This document shows positions 1 through 11,080 of a stretch of 64,000 nucleotides of DNA, piece by piece. How positions within the stretch are numbered: position 1 is the first letter of the stretch; each line of letters opens with the position of its first letter. The position numbers were made by a program, and so were the translations under genes. The notes under the pieces were generated by a model. It searched no databases. It saw only the letters and a list, made by a program, of their open reading frames with translations, and was not told where the DNA came from. Origin of the DNA: Podarcis tiliguerta (lineage: Eukaryota); assembly GCA_965153285.1 (NCBI GenBank), contig OZ229112.1. One strand, written 5' to 3'.

Positions 1-13
1 CTTTGAGTTCATG

Positions 14-213
14 CAGGGATGGGTTAAGAAATACGGAGGCCCTAAGTGATGTCAAGTTCAAGAAACCCCATAGTGTTAACAAACATGAAAAGTATACTAT
101 TATGTAACTATGTAAAACGTGAAATGTAGTCGTTTTTCCTTTTGTAGTTAAGAGACCCCCATAACTCGAGGCCCTATACTATCTTACTTTGCTTGTATGT
201 AAATCTAACACTG
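14..213. mobile_element. hAT-type non-autonomous DNA transposon (MITE), degenerate
   Basis: CAG...CTG termini flanked by a near-identical 8-bp direct repeat (agttcatg 6-13 / agttcagg 214-221). Confidence 0.55.
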
Positions 214-254
214 AGTTCAGGATTAATTGGTGTACTGTGTTCACAGTACCTAGT

Positions 255-534
255 TCAGTTCTGAGCTGTCTGCACACTACATTAACTTTTAGAAAAAAAC
301 CATTCGGATTATCCTTCACTTTCTTCTAACAGAGCTACAATTCTCAGAGTTTCTGGGGAAGAGGGATGGGCTGTTAAACCATCCTGAGCACTGTAGCTCC
401 CTGAGGTGAATAGGGGACTCCTGACAACTTTGAGCACCCTTAACAAACCACAGCTCCCAGGATTCATTGGGGGGAAGCCATGACTGTTTAAAGTGGTACC
501 ATAGTGCTTTAAACGGAGGGTGTAAATGTGGTCT
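255..534. mobile_element. Palindromic MITE remnant (PIF/Harbinger-like), same family as 49135-49261
   Basis: Shares the acagctcccaggattc...gggaagccatg...ctttaaa...gtgt block with the 49.1 kb element. Boundaries approximate. Confidence 0.45.
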
Positions 535-730
535 TAATCTTCTCTTCTGCAGGCTGGACATACCCAACAGCTCTTTCAGCCATTTCTCATAGGACTTGAG
601 TGTCCAAATCCCTCACTAACCTGGCCACCCTCCTCTGCACATGCCTTTGTTGATCACCTTCTTAAAATGCGGCACCCAGATCTGGACACACTACTGCAGC
701 TTGACCAGTCCAGAACAGAATAGAACTATT
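535..730 (-). mobile_element. Old CR1 LINE fragment (RT C-terminal region)
   Basis: Degenerate match to the CR1 at 18620-19126 (cttctcttctgcaggctggacatacc...ctcatagg...ccctcctctgcac...ttcttaaaatgcggcacccagatctggacac). Confidence 0.7.
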
Positions 731-1875
731 TTATTTTTTTACAATAGCTTTTTTTAAAATGTGGAGTCCTCATTTCTGATGTGCTTATTTTATTTTGTAG
801 TTGAGGAATGAAAAACAGGAAGGGATTTCCTAGCTGTAAAGTGCACAATGTGTTGTTATGAAAGGCATTTTAAAAAGCCATTCCGAATTTCCCCACATGA
901 AGACACCCAGAACCAGTTTGCTTTGACCAAACGCTTGCCACTATTTCTTTGCGTTTGCTTTGTTCAATCCCCTAATGTTCTACGATTAGCTATTGCTATC
1001 GGCGAAAGAGACGTTCCAAGTGTGTTTTGAAATCTCTTGCCCACGATAATAAAAAGATCACGGTATCAAGGCTCCTGGGCAAATTTAGGCAACTGAATAC
1101 TTCCGCCAACCTCCCCACCGCTTCAATGCCATCAATCACTCACATTACAATTGGCTTTCAAGGCCTGTCTAGGTCATATTATGACTCCTTTATTAGTGTT
1201 TAAGGTCACTGGGATACATGCAAGTGCATCCTATATCAGGAAGTGTAGCACGTCTCCAGAGTGAAATATCTGGCGTTGAGCAGGAGCTGTGGCTATGACT
1301 CGGAAATCCAGGGAAGCGAGTTAAAGGCAGACAGGCTCCAGGCGCCGCATGGCCTCACAGCAGATAGAATGAAGCGGAATAATAGAGGCTTTTCCTGCCA
1401 TTCTCAGGACTATGTTTTATTTCTGTCAGACTTTCCCATTCAGCTCCTACAAGCTATTCTCCATTATGTCCGACAGACCGCAGGTTGTAATTCAAGAGAA
1501 AGTGCTCCCAGAAAGGCTGCTACGTAGCCCTGGAACGTGACACAGTATGATTTCATATTGGCACCAGGGGACTGTTCCTGCAGGAAGGCAGATTAGAAGC
1601 GTGCAGTGTACCCGTTCAGTAGGTGAGTGCTAGACTGTGTGTCTCTGGGTGGCCGTAGAGGAGATTTATTGGCTTTCTTGCTGGTGTTGGACTGTGGCTA
1701 GACTTGGCAAGCTTGTATGATTTTTAGTCATATACTTAGGCGTTCGGTCACAGAATAGCAGACCCCACCCCTGCAGTGCCACCAAATGACTTAATATTTT
1801 CTTTTTTAAAAAGTTTTTAAAAGAAAATAATGGAGAAGACATATCAAAGCCTATACATCCCAATGCAAAAGACTA

Positions 1876-2117
1876 CAGTGGTACCTCGGGTTAAGAACTT
1901 AATTCGTTCCGGAGGTCCGTTCTTAACCTGAAACTGTTCTTAACCTGAAGCACCACTTTAGCTAATGGGGCCTCCTGCTGCCGCCGCGCTGCCACCACAT
2001 GATTTCTGTTCTTATCCTGAAGCAAAGTTCTTAACCCGAGGTGCTATTTCTGGGTTAGCGGAGTCTGTAACCTGAAGCGTATGTAACCTGAAGCGTACGT
2101 AACCCGAGATACCACTG
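1876..2117. mobile_element. pogo/Tigger-like (Tc1/mariner superfamily) MITE, copy 1
   Basis: TIRs cagtggtacctcgggtta / taacccgagataccactg, TA duplication on both sides, and two further near-identical copies in the window. Confidence 0.9.
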
Positions 2118-2365
2118 TATCTTCATTTGGATGGCTCATTGTTGTACACGGATACCTTAATGATGTGATTTCATCACTTTCATTCATGCATCTGGATCGC
2201 AACTCCACCCAATCTGAAGGACTAGTGCAACAGCATTTAAAAATAAAACCTAGTAAAATTACATTGCTGTAGATAATAAAATTACTGCAAGGCACGTTAA
2301 TTTCACCAGCGGAAACCGGGCCAAAGAAGAAGTGCCTTGTTAAGTGTCCTGAAAATGTTCTAAGT

Positions 2366-2503
2366 CAGTCTTTCTCAACCTGTGGGTCCCCAGATGTTGT
2401 TGAACTACAACTCCCATCACCCCGAGCTAGCAAGGCCAGAGATCAGGGATGATGGGAGTTGTAGTCCAACAACATCTGGGGACTCACAGGTTGAGAACCG
2501 CTG
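2366..2503. mobile_element. Palindromic hAT (Charlie-like) MITE
   Basis: Long inverted arms (ttctcaacctgtg..ccccagatgttgttg.actacaactcccatca and its reverse complement). 8-bp TSD ttctaagt/ttttaagt. Confidence 0.85.
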
Positions 2504-3537
2504 TTTTAAGTGGATTGGAAAGTCTGTAGGAGAAAATAGTTGTTCATTTCTGCAGCAGTCACTGTGAGCTGGGACACCTCACAGTTGGCAACTGGATCTT
2601 GCTCAAAATGGCGCTCTCGTGATTCTGGCTTTAACATACAGAATTTACATTACATGTGTTGTGATTTTGCATGTGCTCGCCCAAACTTGAGTTAAAAAGC
2701 AAAGTGCCATTGTTCAGCTGACTGAGCATGCGACCTGAACAGATACCCTAAAATGGGGGAAGGGAATAGTTTGTGAAAGCAGGGAGGAAGGAAATGGAAG
2801 CAAGGCCTCCTGAGGCATTAGGAACTTGGCAACTGTACAGAGAGACCTGCAAATGGATTCTCAGCAAGGAACTTTGACCCAACTCAGTCCTATTACAGGT
2901 TGTAGGGAGAGGAATCAGGATGATGTGCCATTTATTCTGTCTCCAACTCTCGCCACCTGCAGGCACCAGGTTCCTCCTGTCACTTCCTAGGACCCCAGGT
3001 GCTGCTATGACTGCAGCTGACGCTTCTGCATTCTAGTCCCCAGCATATTTCCATTTCAAGAGAAATCTAGAAAGCCATTGAAATAGACTGGAGCGTGAAC
3101 AGGGTGTCCCTGCTCCACGTAGAGCTCCCTCACTAGAGGCCTAGTTGTAGGAAGGTGTGGCATATGGTTGGCTCCAAATACGTATCTTATTGAAAAAGGC
3201 TCATATTTCTCTGACCACATTTGAGAAAGTGTCCTAGCCAAGGCATTGTGTGTAGTATTACACTGGTCTGGGCAACATTAGCTGGAGTCCAGCATGGCGG
3301 CTGTAGAGTTGTTGCAACCCACCACTGGTTGAAGCCTTATGAGCTACACAACCCTGCCTGCACCGCTCCACTGGCAGCTACTGAAAGCTGGGCATTCCAC
3401 TAAGCAGCTTTGTGCACTAAGCCACAGTTTCAAAACAAGGCACAAGGGTAGCCCCACATACTCCCTGTTCCCATTTTACATGTGGAAAGTTTCTGTATCA
3501 CATATTTTGTTTCGATAGTATTACAAGTTAGGATATT

Positions 3538-3673
3538 GCATACCCTCCCAATTTTCCAGAGAATTACAGAAGCCATCCTGGTATATGATTTAAATATCCA
3601 GAATGTCCTCGTTTTCCTTTTTCCTCCCTACCACATCTCGGAGAACAATTAAAAGTGGGGGGGGGGGGTATGC
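3538..3673. mobile_element. Degenerate TIR element (gcataccc...gggtatgc), same family as 59806-59945
   Basis: Terminal inverted gcataccc/gggtatgc. Internal ttacagaagc...ccagaat...ttttcctt is shared with the 59.8 kb copy. Confidence 0.5.
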
Positions 3674-3904
3674 AAAAATGGAGTCCTGTTTATACTGAAA
3701 ATAAGATACCTGCACCAAATGAAGGAAACGGTGAAGCTGGAATATGAAGCCCTCCTATAATTTTGAAGGGAAATGTAACCAATCCACTTTAAATTATTTA
3801 ATTGCAGTGCTTCAGCAGCCATCCATTTCTTAGGAAATGTGTGGAGTGTTTATTCCTTTATTGTAAATGGAGCCTTGCACTGTCTACTCAGAAGTAAGCC
3901 CCAC

Positions 3905-4099
3905 CACTGGCGGACAAAGGTGGGGGCAGGAGGGGCGGTTGCCCCAGGTGCCTTCTGGGGAGGTGGCATCACGGCCGCCCCTGCCCCCGGGACACACGCC
4001 ATGCCCCTTACGGGCGGCACACCACACCCCCTGGGATGCGCGCCAGCTATGCCCCTTATGAACACTGCTCCCAGTGCCAGAGCTGGTAGCTTCCCACTG
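3905..4099. mobile_element. GC-rich hAT MITE inserted in an older palindromic repeat
   Basis: Perfect 8-bp TSD agccccac (3897-3904 and 4100-4107). Termini cactgg / ccactg. Explains the overlapping GC-rich ORFs at 3839-4156. Confidence 0.85.
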
Positions 4100-4185
4100 A
4101 GCCCCACAGTGGAACTTATTCCTAGGTAAGATGTAAGGTGCAGCCTTACACTTCAATCCTAAGCATTTTTACTGAGAACTAAGTC

Positions 4186-4320
4186 CAGGCACCCCCAACC
4201 TTCAGCCCTCCAGATGTTTTGGACTACAATTCCCATCATCTCTGACCACTGGTCCTGTAGCTAGGGATCATGGGAGTTGTAGGCCAAAACATCTGGTGGG
4301 CCTCAGGTTGGGGATGCCTG
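4186..4320. mobile_element. Palindromic hAT MITE
   Basis: TIR caggcacccccaacct / aggttggggatgcctg, internal inverted actacaattcccat / atgggagttgtag, and partial TSD actaagtc/cttaagtc. Confidence 0.85.
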
Positions 4321-4404
4321 CTTAAGTCACTGAGTTCAATAGAATTTTCTCTGGTATGTTTCTGATCATTCTCACTGTTTCCATTGTTGCTGTTGTTGTG
4401 GTTA

Positions 4405-4600
4405 GTATATTTCACCTTTTTCCCTGACAGGAACTCAAGGCAGCTTACAGCTAAAATGTTATTTCTTTCCATTTATCTGTTGAAGCTGTTGTACACGATC
4501 CTTTCCCTCACACATATTTTTTTCTTTACAGCAATCCTGTGAGGTAGGTGAGGCTGAGAGGTTGTAATTGGCTCAAGGGGACTGATGTAGATGTGTATAT
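4405..4600 (-). mobile_element. Old CORE/MIR-like SINE fragment
   Basis: acagcaatcctgtgaggtaggtgaggctgagag...tggctcaagg core motif, also present in the SINE at 10420-10650. Confidence 0.5.
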
Positions 4601-5804
4601 AACATCTATGTGTGCAGTGAGATTAAACGTGGGAAAAGCTTCTTGATATAATACATCCCTATTTTGCACCTGAAAAATGTTGGAGCGTATGATATTGTAA
4701 GCCCCTGCATCAGAAGACATGGAAATCGCTTTTACTACCACGGCCTATTGATCTCGAACTTGTCCACTAATGGCTGACGGCAGCCTGCCATTTCTGTCCG
4801 CCTCTGTGTCTACCCCCAAAGCCCAGGAAAGCTGTTCAAGCCCTATCTCTGTCGGTCGCTGACATTTGCACTTGCCCACAGGAACTGGGCAAAGGCTGTT
4901 TAGCTGAAAGATGTGAGCAAGATACTTTATCAAAGGAAACAAATGGCACGGCGCAGACTTTTAATGATTCACATTAACTCCATGGTTGTGTGGAAGTTGA
5001 ATGTTAGCAAAAAACAACAACCCACCTCTTACAACAATGAGGATTTGATAAATAGCAAGGTTGGATGTAGGTTTGGGTGTTTTGACCTTTAAAGTTGGGT
5101 TCCTTTTTGCTTTGTAATAAAGCTTTCTGGTGATGCAACATATTTTCAGGAAAGCCAAATAACTTGGGGCATGCAAACTATAAATTTCAGTTCATGGGGT
5201 AGCAAAAGCCTGCTGTTCTGATTTTTCTCCCCTTACCTCTACACTTTGTTTCTCTCACTCTCTTCTCCTCAAACCATTCTGTCCAAGAACACAATAAAAA
5301 TAATGCAGGTTCAGAACTGATCCACATTTCAGCACATCACTTCATGTTCTCTCTCTTTCCTGGCAAAAACATCTAATGGTTCCTTGAGTGTTACAACACT
5401 AGTGACATTTTTACTTCTCTCCCATTTGCCCTCTAAGGGAGTCCAGGCAAGAAACCTTTCTCTAGACTTCAGTGATCAGTGTCTTGGCTGCTTTGGACTC
5501 GCCTTATGTCAAGTTATTTACATCTGTAAAGAGGGTGTCACTAAACCCAGCGGGTAAAAACTATTCTGTGCTTCAAGTTCACATACCACCAGGCTAAATT
5601 TAAACTTGGCTTCTTTTAAAGAGTTTGCTAGGGTAAATTCAATATTTCGTTCTGTGGTTCAGCGAATAATTATAAAAGTTATTTCATTATAACTTTAGAA
5701 TGTCATACAATTTTCTTTGTGAGCAAAATATGACAAGCATTTCCCGTGTTACAAAGAACCCATCTCTGATTACCCTCCACCTACATCTGTGCCCTTCTAT
5801 AAGA

Positions 5805-5929
5805 GTGATAGGAAACCTGAGGTCCACCAGATGTTTCTGAACTCCCATTTGCCACCAAGAGTGAATGGTCAAGAATGATGGGAGTTGTAGTACAGCAACA
5901 TCCAGAAGGTCATAGGCTCCCCAAGTCTG
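5805..5929. mobile_element. Degenerate palindromic hAT MITE
   Basis: ccagatgttt...actcccat / atgatgggagttgtagt...acatccag arms, as in 2366-2503. Confidence 0.6.
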
Positions 5930-6189
5930 TTCTATATCATTGTTGAAAAATTGTACATAGACATTGCCTTGTATAAGCTTTCAAAACACAAAGAGTGTTG
6001 TGGGTGGAGCAGATATTTTGGTGTCTTTTATTCATTTAGGAACCTGTTCCCCCTTTTAACTTATTTCATACTAAGGAGGCTCTGGCATCCTGCTTCTTCT
6101 TCTCATTTCTCAGCCCCTCCCTCCATGCTAACCCCTTAGACCTTCCCATTCCCACCCCATGCAGCTACTGAGCCCCATTTTGACTTGAT

Positions 6190-6560
6190 GGTTTATAAAA
6201 CCCTACATGGTTCTGGACCACAGTATCTGCGAATCTGTCTCTTGCTCCTATATCCCATCCACTTCCTCACTTAGATCAGTGGATGAAGATCTGTTGATGG
6301 TGCCACATACCCCTATAGTAAAGTATGCTGTGATTCATGCATGTGCATTGGGTGTTGTTGCACCAGTTCTCTGGGAGTCTCTTCCCATAGGAATGAAGAA
6401 ACATGCCCTTGTCATTGGTATGTTTTCATTGTTTGCTGAAAACTTTTCTCACAACCTTCCAAAATCAGCCTTTTTTATACCTGCCAAATTTAATTATTGC
6501 TGATTTTTATTTTTAATACTGTTTAATGATTGGTTTTGTTTATGTTTTATTTCTGTCCAT
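6190..6560 (+). mobile_element. Old L2 LINE 3' fragment
   Basis: tataaaaccctacatgg...ggaccacagtatctg...ttagatc...gcaccagttctctgggagtctcttccc resembles the L2 ORF2 end and is followed by a T-rich 3' UTR. Confidence 0.55.
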
Positions 6561-8387
6561 AATTCAGGTATTCATGGAGTGGTTTTAAAATTCTGAAATA
6601 TTAAAATTAAAAAACTCCCCAGTCCCTTTCAGTCAATCATCTGATGCCATTTCAGGCATTGTGTGCTTGAAAGGGCTTAATTTAAAGAAAAATATGACAT
6701 ACTTTGGAAACTGAGAGAACTGCAAGTTTTAAAGATATTCCAGCATCGGCCCGGCAGGGGTGGGTGGGTGTGGAATGAAACAGTAAGAACGGTTTTGACA
6801 GAACCTTTTATAATTTCACCCGCCATCTCTTTGTTTTCACCCGCAAACATTTTCTCTTTCTTCCATGGAAAATATGGGTCCTATGTGGCTACAAGTGCCA
6901 AGCTGAGTCTAGATGCCAAGTTGATTTTCTATCTTTTTACATTTGCAATTTTAGAGATGTTAATCCAACAGTATTTTTAATTTGTCCAGCACCTTTAACA
7001 TGGTTTTGAGAAACCTTGAAGTAATTACTGAAAACAAGTAAACTTAAGCTATTTTAAATGCCAGTTGGCCCTAATATAATTTCTTTGGCATAGTTAAGTG
7101 GTGTTTGTGGTAGTTTTGCCGCCGTTCAGGCCAGAACACTAACTCGAGTCATCTGGGTATGGTGAGCTTTAGTCTCTCCAAAAAAATGTGGGTGGAGGAA
7201 CAAGAAGATGGATCTGATTCTCCTCATAAATAGTGCTTTGAGTAACACTCAAGGATGCTAAGGCTATAAGGATGTCAATGTAAAAATAAGTGTTAAAAAA
7301 ACCACATCTTATATCTGATTAACCTTTCCCCCTTTTTCTTCTATTGGCCTCTAGGGAAACAACAGTGACTTTGCTGGCATCAACTCACATGCATCATTAC
7401 TGCTGAGGAAATTATTCATTGTGAAGATGTTGTGAAGACATTCATCAGACAATGTTTGGTGGGCGGGGGTGGAATTAGGCTTCATTGACTAGACCTTGCT
7501 TTCCCCTTGATTAGGGGATATAGCTTTTGAGCATCAGGCTTGTGCCATAATTGTACCAGATTGGAAGATAAAAGACCCACTGCCCTATGCACAACCAGGG
7601 CTTACTTAACTTCCAGGTAATAAGTTGCTTTTGCTTCCAGCTTCTTCCTGGTCCAAATTATAGCTTGTTTTTGACCGTGTGCCAGGCATACACAAAACAA
7701 GCAGATGGCTTTTATTTACAATGTAGGTCCAACCCACCTCCTTCCTAAAGCTGCATGCTGGAAGAATAAGAATAATAGACACATGTCTCCAACAGTAAGC
7801 CTGTCATTAGAGAACATGATATTAGCACATTGCTATACATTTCCTCCTGTAAGCTTAATTGAATGTTACAAAAGTAGTAAACCTAGTTAACTATTAACTT
7901 AATAAATATGTGCCAGCGTTGAAATTGCCAGCACGCCTACATTTGAAAGCATATCTAGGACTACTTTTCTGCTTCATCTTTGCTTACCTTCACTTAGGGT
8001 GAAGTCCTGTGGTCCCTTGCAGAGAGTCCCAGGAACTGTAGGATATTGTGGACTCCCTCCTTTCATAGGCTGAGAGGAAGAGCCACCTTAGAAATGGAGC
8101 TCTGCTGCTGCAAGTCTTCCCTGGATGGTGGTAGAATTGTCTACTGTTGGTGTCCCTTTTGCCATCAGTGGTCTTGGATCCACAGGAATCCTCTGATTTC
8201 TTCAGGCCCATGAGAAGGGTGGCAAACCATACCAGCACTGGAAGTATTTTCCCTCTCATTTAAAAAATGGGAGGGGATTTTCTTTTTTTAAAAAACACAA
8301 ACAAGTTTTATGGAAGGTATACAAGGTGGGAACCGACCCCCACCTTCCATCCTGGCTGGAACAAGTATAGCTGATTTTAGGAACTTA

Positions 8388-8567
8388 GGGAGAAGCTCAT
8401 AGTTCAGTGGCAGAGCAACTGCATTGCATGCAGAAGTTCCCAGGTTCAGTCCCCAGCATCTCCATGTAGGACTGTCCCCTGCCTGAAGCCCTGCTGCCAG
8501 GCAGTATAGACAGCCCTGAGCTAAATGGACCAGGGATCTGACGTGCTATAAGGCAGCTTCCTATGTT
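8388..8567 (+). mobile_element. tRNA-head / CR1-tail SINE (Squam2/Anolis SINE2-like)
   Basis: A-box tagttcagtgg, B-box ggttcagtccc, and CR1-type tail ggacc...tctgac...ataaggcagcttcctatgtt. Several more copies in the window. Confidence 0.75.
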
Positions 8568-8659
8568 GCTCCTCAATGGACTCTTCTTCCAACTTCCACA
8601 GGAATGCCGATGGAAGTAGCACCTGCATCAGCTTAGGCAGACCAGGACACAATGGAGCT

Positions 8660-9005
8660 AATAATAATAATAATAATAATAAATTTTATTTATACCCCGC
8701 CCTCCCCAGCCAAAGCTGGGCTCAGGGCGGCTAACAACAGTCAAAACAATCCAACATTCTAAAAACTTTTCACCATAAAATCAATCAAAAACAAATTGAT
8801 GGCAACCAGCAAGCAAGACCCTGTGCAGATTGCCAGAGGAGGGGGTCAGGCTGCGCCCTGACCAAAGGCCTGGTGGAACAGCTCTGTCTTACAGGCCCTG
8901 CGGAAAGATGTCAAGTCCCGCAGGGCCCTAGTCTCTTGTGACAGAGCGTTCCACCAGATTGGTGCCACAGCCGAGAAAGCTCTGGTTCTAGTTGAGGCCA
9001 GCCTA
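8660..9005 (-). mobile_element. L2 LINE 3' fragment with (TTA)n tail
   Basis: (aat)n tail then ttttatttataccccgccc...ctcagggcggctaaca and the aaggcctgg...gcgttccacca...gagaaagc L2 3' block in reverse. Confidence 0.75.
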
Positions 9006-9879
9006 ATTGAGGCCAGACGGTGGTCACTGCAGCATCTTTCCTTCCTTATTCCTTTTTAAAATATTACTAGTCAGGAGACAGCCATCTACACAGGCAGTTT
9101 GTTTCAGATGCTCATTTTTTTATTCTTAATTAAAAATACATTATCCTTACTCATTCTCAAGGTAAATGTGTTCAGAAACAGCAGCAGAAGCAAGCTTCAT
9201 ATACATGGGTTGTTTTTAGTAAATTTACATATGCAAATGAGCTTGATTTGGGTATTGCTTTTCCTTTTATTTATTATTAAATATTATTTATTTATAATAT
9301 TCTTTTATTATTTAATTGCTATCATAATGTTACCACAATTGAAATGCTATGAACATTTTATTACAACCATTCTGCTGTTTTACATAAAAAAATACCAGGT
9401 TGGCTCAGGGTGTGTGTGGGGAGTGGGTTATGTTTTGTGTTGTGTTTCCTGGGGCCCTAAGACACCTAGTTCTGGCTCTGCATGGTATGGGGAAACCAGT
9501 GGCTGCCAAGGAGTCCATACAGGCAGTTATTTCTTTTTCCATGCAACATCCCTGGAAAGGGAAGTGATGGTAAACCCAATGGTGCAAATCCTCTTCTTTT
9601 TAGTGATACATAAGTGGCCACCCAAGGTGGTTTGCAAATATGAGCTAGTTTCAGACTATGCAGATGACCATTCACCGCAAGGATAATGAAATCTAGGTAG
9701 GGAAGAAGTTGCCCACTACAAGAGTCATGTGCTGGGGCAGCTCAACTCCTAACTTTGAACCCCTTTCATTCTTCTTTACATTGAGCAGACCGTACTGAGA
9801 CAGCTGCAGTCTCTGTTTGAGCTTTATTCTTGAGCCACAACAAGGCCCAGTGGTTATTGTGCAAACTTCTATTCCCAAT

Positions 9880-10110
9880 TCAAACCAGATATTTTTGTGT
9901 GAAAAAAAAAAGTCATGCTGGAATCTATTCTGAATGAAGAGCAGGGATGAGGAGAAGTGGGAGCAGGGCACGTATCTGGCACGAGTTCTTCTCAAATGTT
10001 TGTGTTTTGAATTGAAAACAAACAATTCCAAATGGCTACTGGGGCTTGTTTTTCAAAGAACTCCAGAACAGCAGTCTCCTGTGGCTTCTGCTACTGAGGA
10101 TCTGAAAGAA
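9880..10110 (+). pseudogene. Possible highly decayed LINE (CR1/L2) AP-endonuclease fragment
   Basis: Translation LKCLCFELKTNNSKWLLGLVFQRTPEQQ resembles the APE motif E-L-W-x-E-L...L-L-G-x-x-Y-R-P-P. Judged by eye only. Confidence 0.3.
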
Positions 10111-10283
10111 CCCAAGTCTCCCAAAGTACTATTAAAATTAATGGGTCTTCACACCGCACCAGCATACATTCCATTTCTGTGAGCCACCTCGAGCTGTCAT
10201 TTTAAAAGCAAATCAGGTGGGCAAGGCAATCTTGTTAGGGGCTGGTACGCTGAGTGGCTGCTCTACATGGGTAAGCATATCAG

Positions 10284-11080
10284 TGCAAGCATATTGGCTG
10301 GATGCAAAAGAATGGTGGGAGGAACCAGCTGCGGAACCTGCAAGGGAAGAAGATTCAGAGCCAGGGGATTGGTGGTGGGACAACAATGAGTGGTCAGAAA
10401 GAGAAGAGGGAGAAAATAAGGAAGAAGAAGAAGATTTGATATCCTGTTTTATCACTACCCGAAGGAGTCTCAAAGCGGCTAACATTCTCCTTTCCCTTCC
10501 CCCCCCCACAACAAACACTCTGTGAGGTGAGTGGGGCTGAGAGACTTCAGAGAAGTGTGACTAGCCCAAGGTCACCCAGCAGCTGCATGTGAAGGAGTGG
10601 GGAATGGAACTCACCAGAGTCCACCGCTCTTAACCACTACACCACACTGGAGAAGGTGTTGGAAGCTGAAGAGGTAACTGAGCAGAGAGAGTCTGTGGCA
10701 GCGTTGTCCAGACTCGGAGGCAGAAGCAGGAGAGGAGGGAGGCCAAAAGGCAGAGATGAGTCTAGCTGATGAAGAGGCACATGTGTCTCCCCCTCCTGCT
10801 GCAACAAGCTCACCCCTGGTCTCCCAGAACCAGGAGAGGCATGAAGAGGGCAAAGGAGAAGTTAGCTTCATGCAGGCACAGTCTCAGATTGCTTGAGGGT
10901 GAAACCCTAGAGAGGAAGGGACTTGGGCAGCTGTAGGGAAGTGGAGACCTTCAGTCTCAGCAACTGCTTCACGTGGGGAAGACCTGCCAGATTTGAGTTG
11001 TTGTGCTCATTAGGCTAGACACTCTTGTGCAAATCCTGTTTTTGCTCAGTGTTATATACTGCTGGCTCTCTCCTGTCACA
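10284..11080 (+). mobile_element. LTR-like remnant (probably Gypsy-type solo LTR) interrupted by a SINE
   Basis: Purine-rich repeat reading contiguously across the SINE (gagaagagggagaa|...|ggagaaggtgttggaagctgaagagg). Tentative TG...CA ends, no clean TSD. Confidence 0.5.
10420..10650 (-). mobile_element. CORE-type SINE (Squam3-like), near full length
   Basis: Minus strand starts ccagtgtggtgtagtggttaagagcgg (tRNA A-box), carries the CORE tgaccttgggctagtcac and ends in a (TTC)n tail. Confidence 0.85.

Noticed and set aside
3839-4156. Four overlapping GC-rich ORFs or a CpG island
   Set aside because: Fully explained by the GC-rich hAT MITE with a perfect TSD.
7990-8259. Minus ORF with a signal-peptide-like start and a nearby donor
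   Set aside because: The ORF stops just before the donor, no homology was recognised, and there are no supporting exons.
8388-8460. tRNA-like sequences here and in other SINE heads
   Set aside because: They are SINE heads continuing into body and tail sequence, with no intact cloverleaf.
9099-9686. 195-aa hydrophobic ORF
   Set aside because: Hydrophobicity comes from T-rich low-complexity DNA, with no family resemblance.
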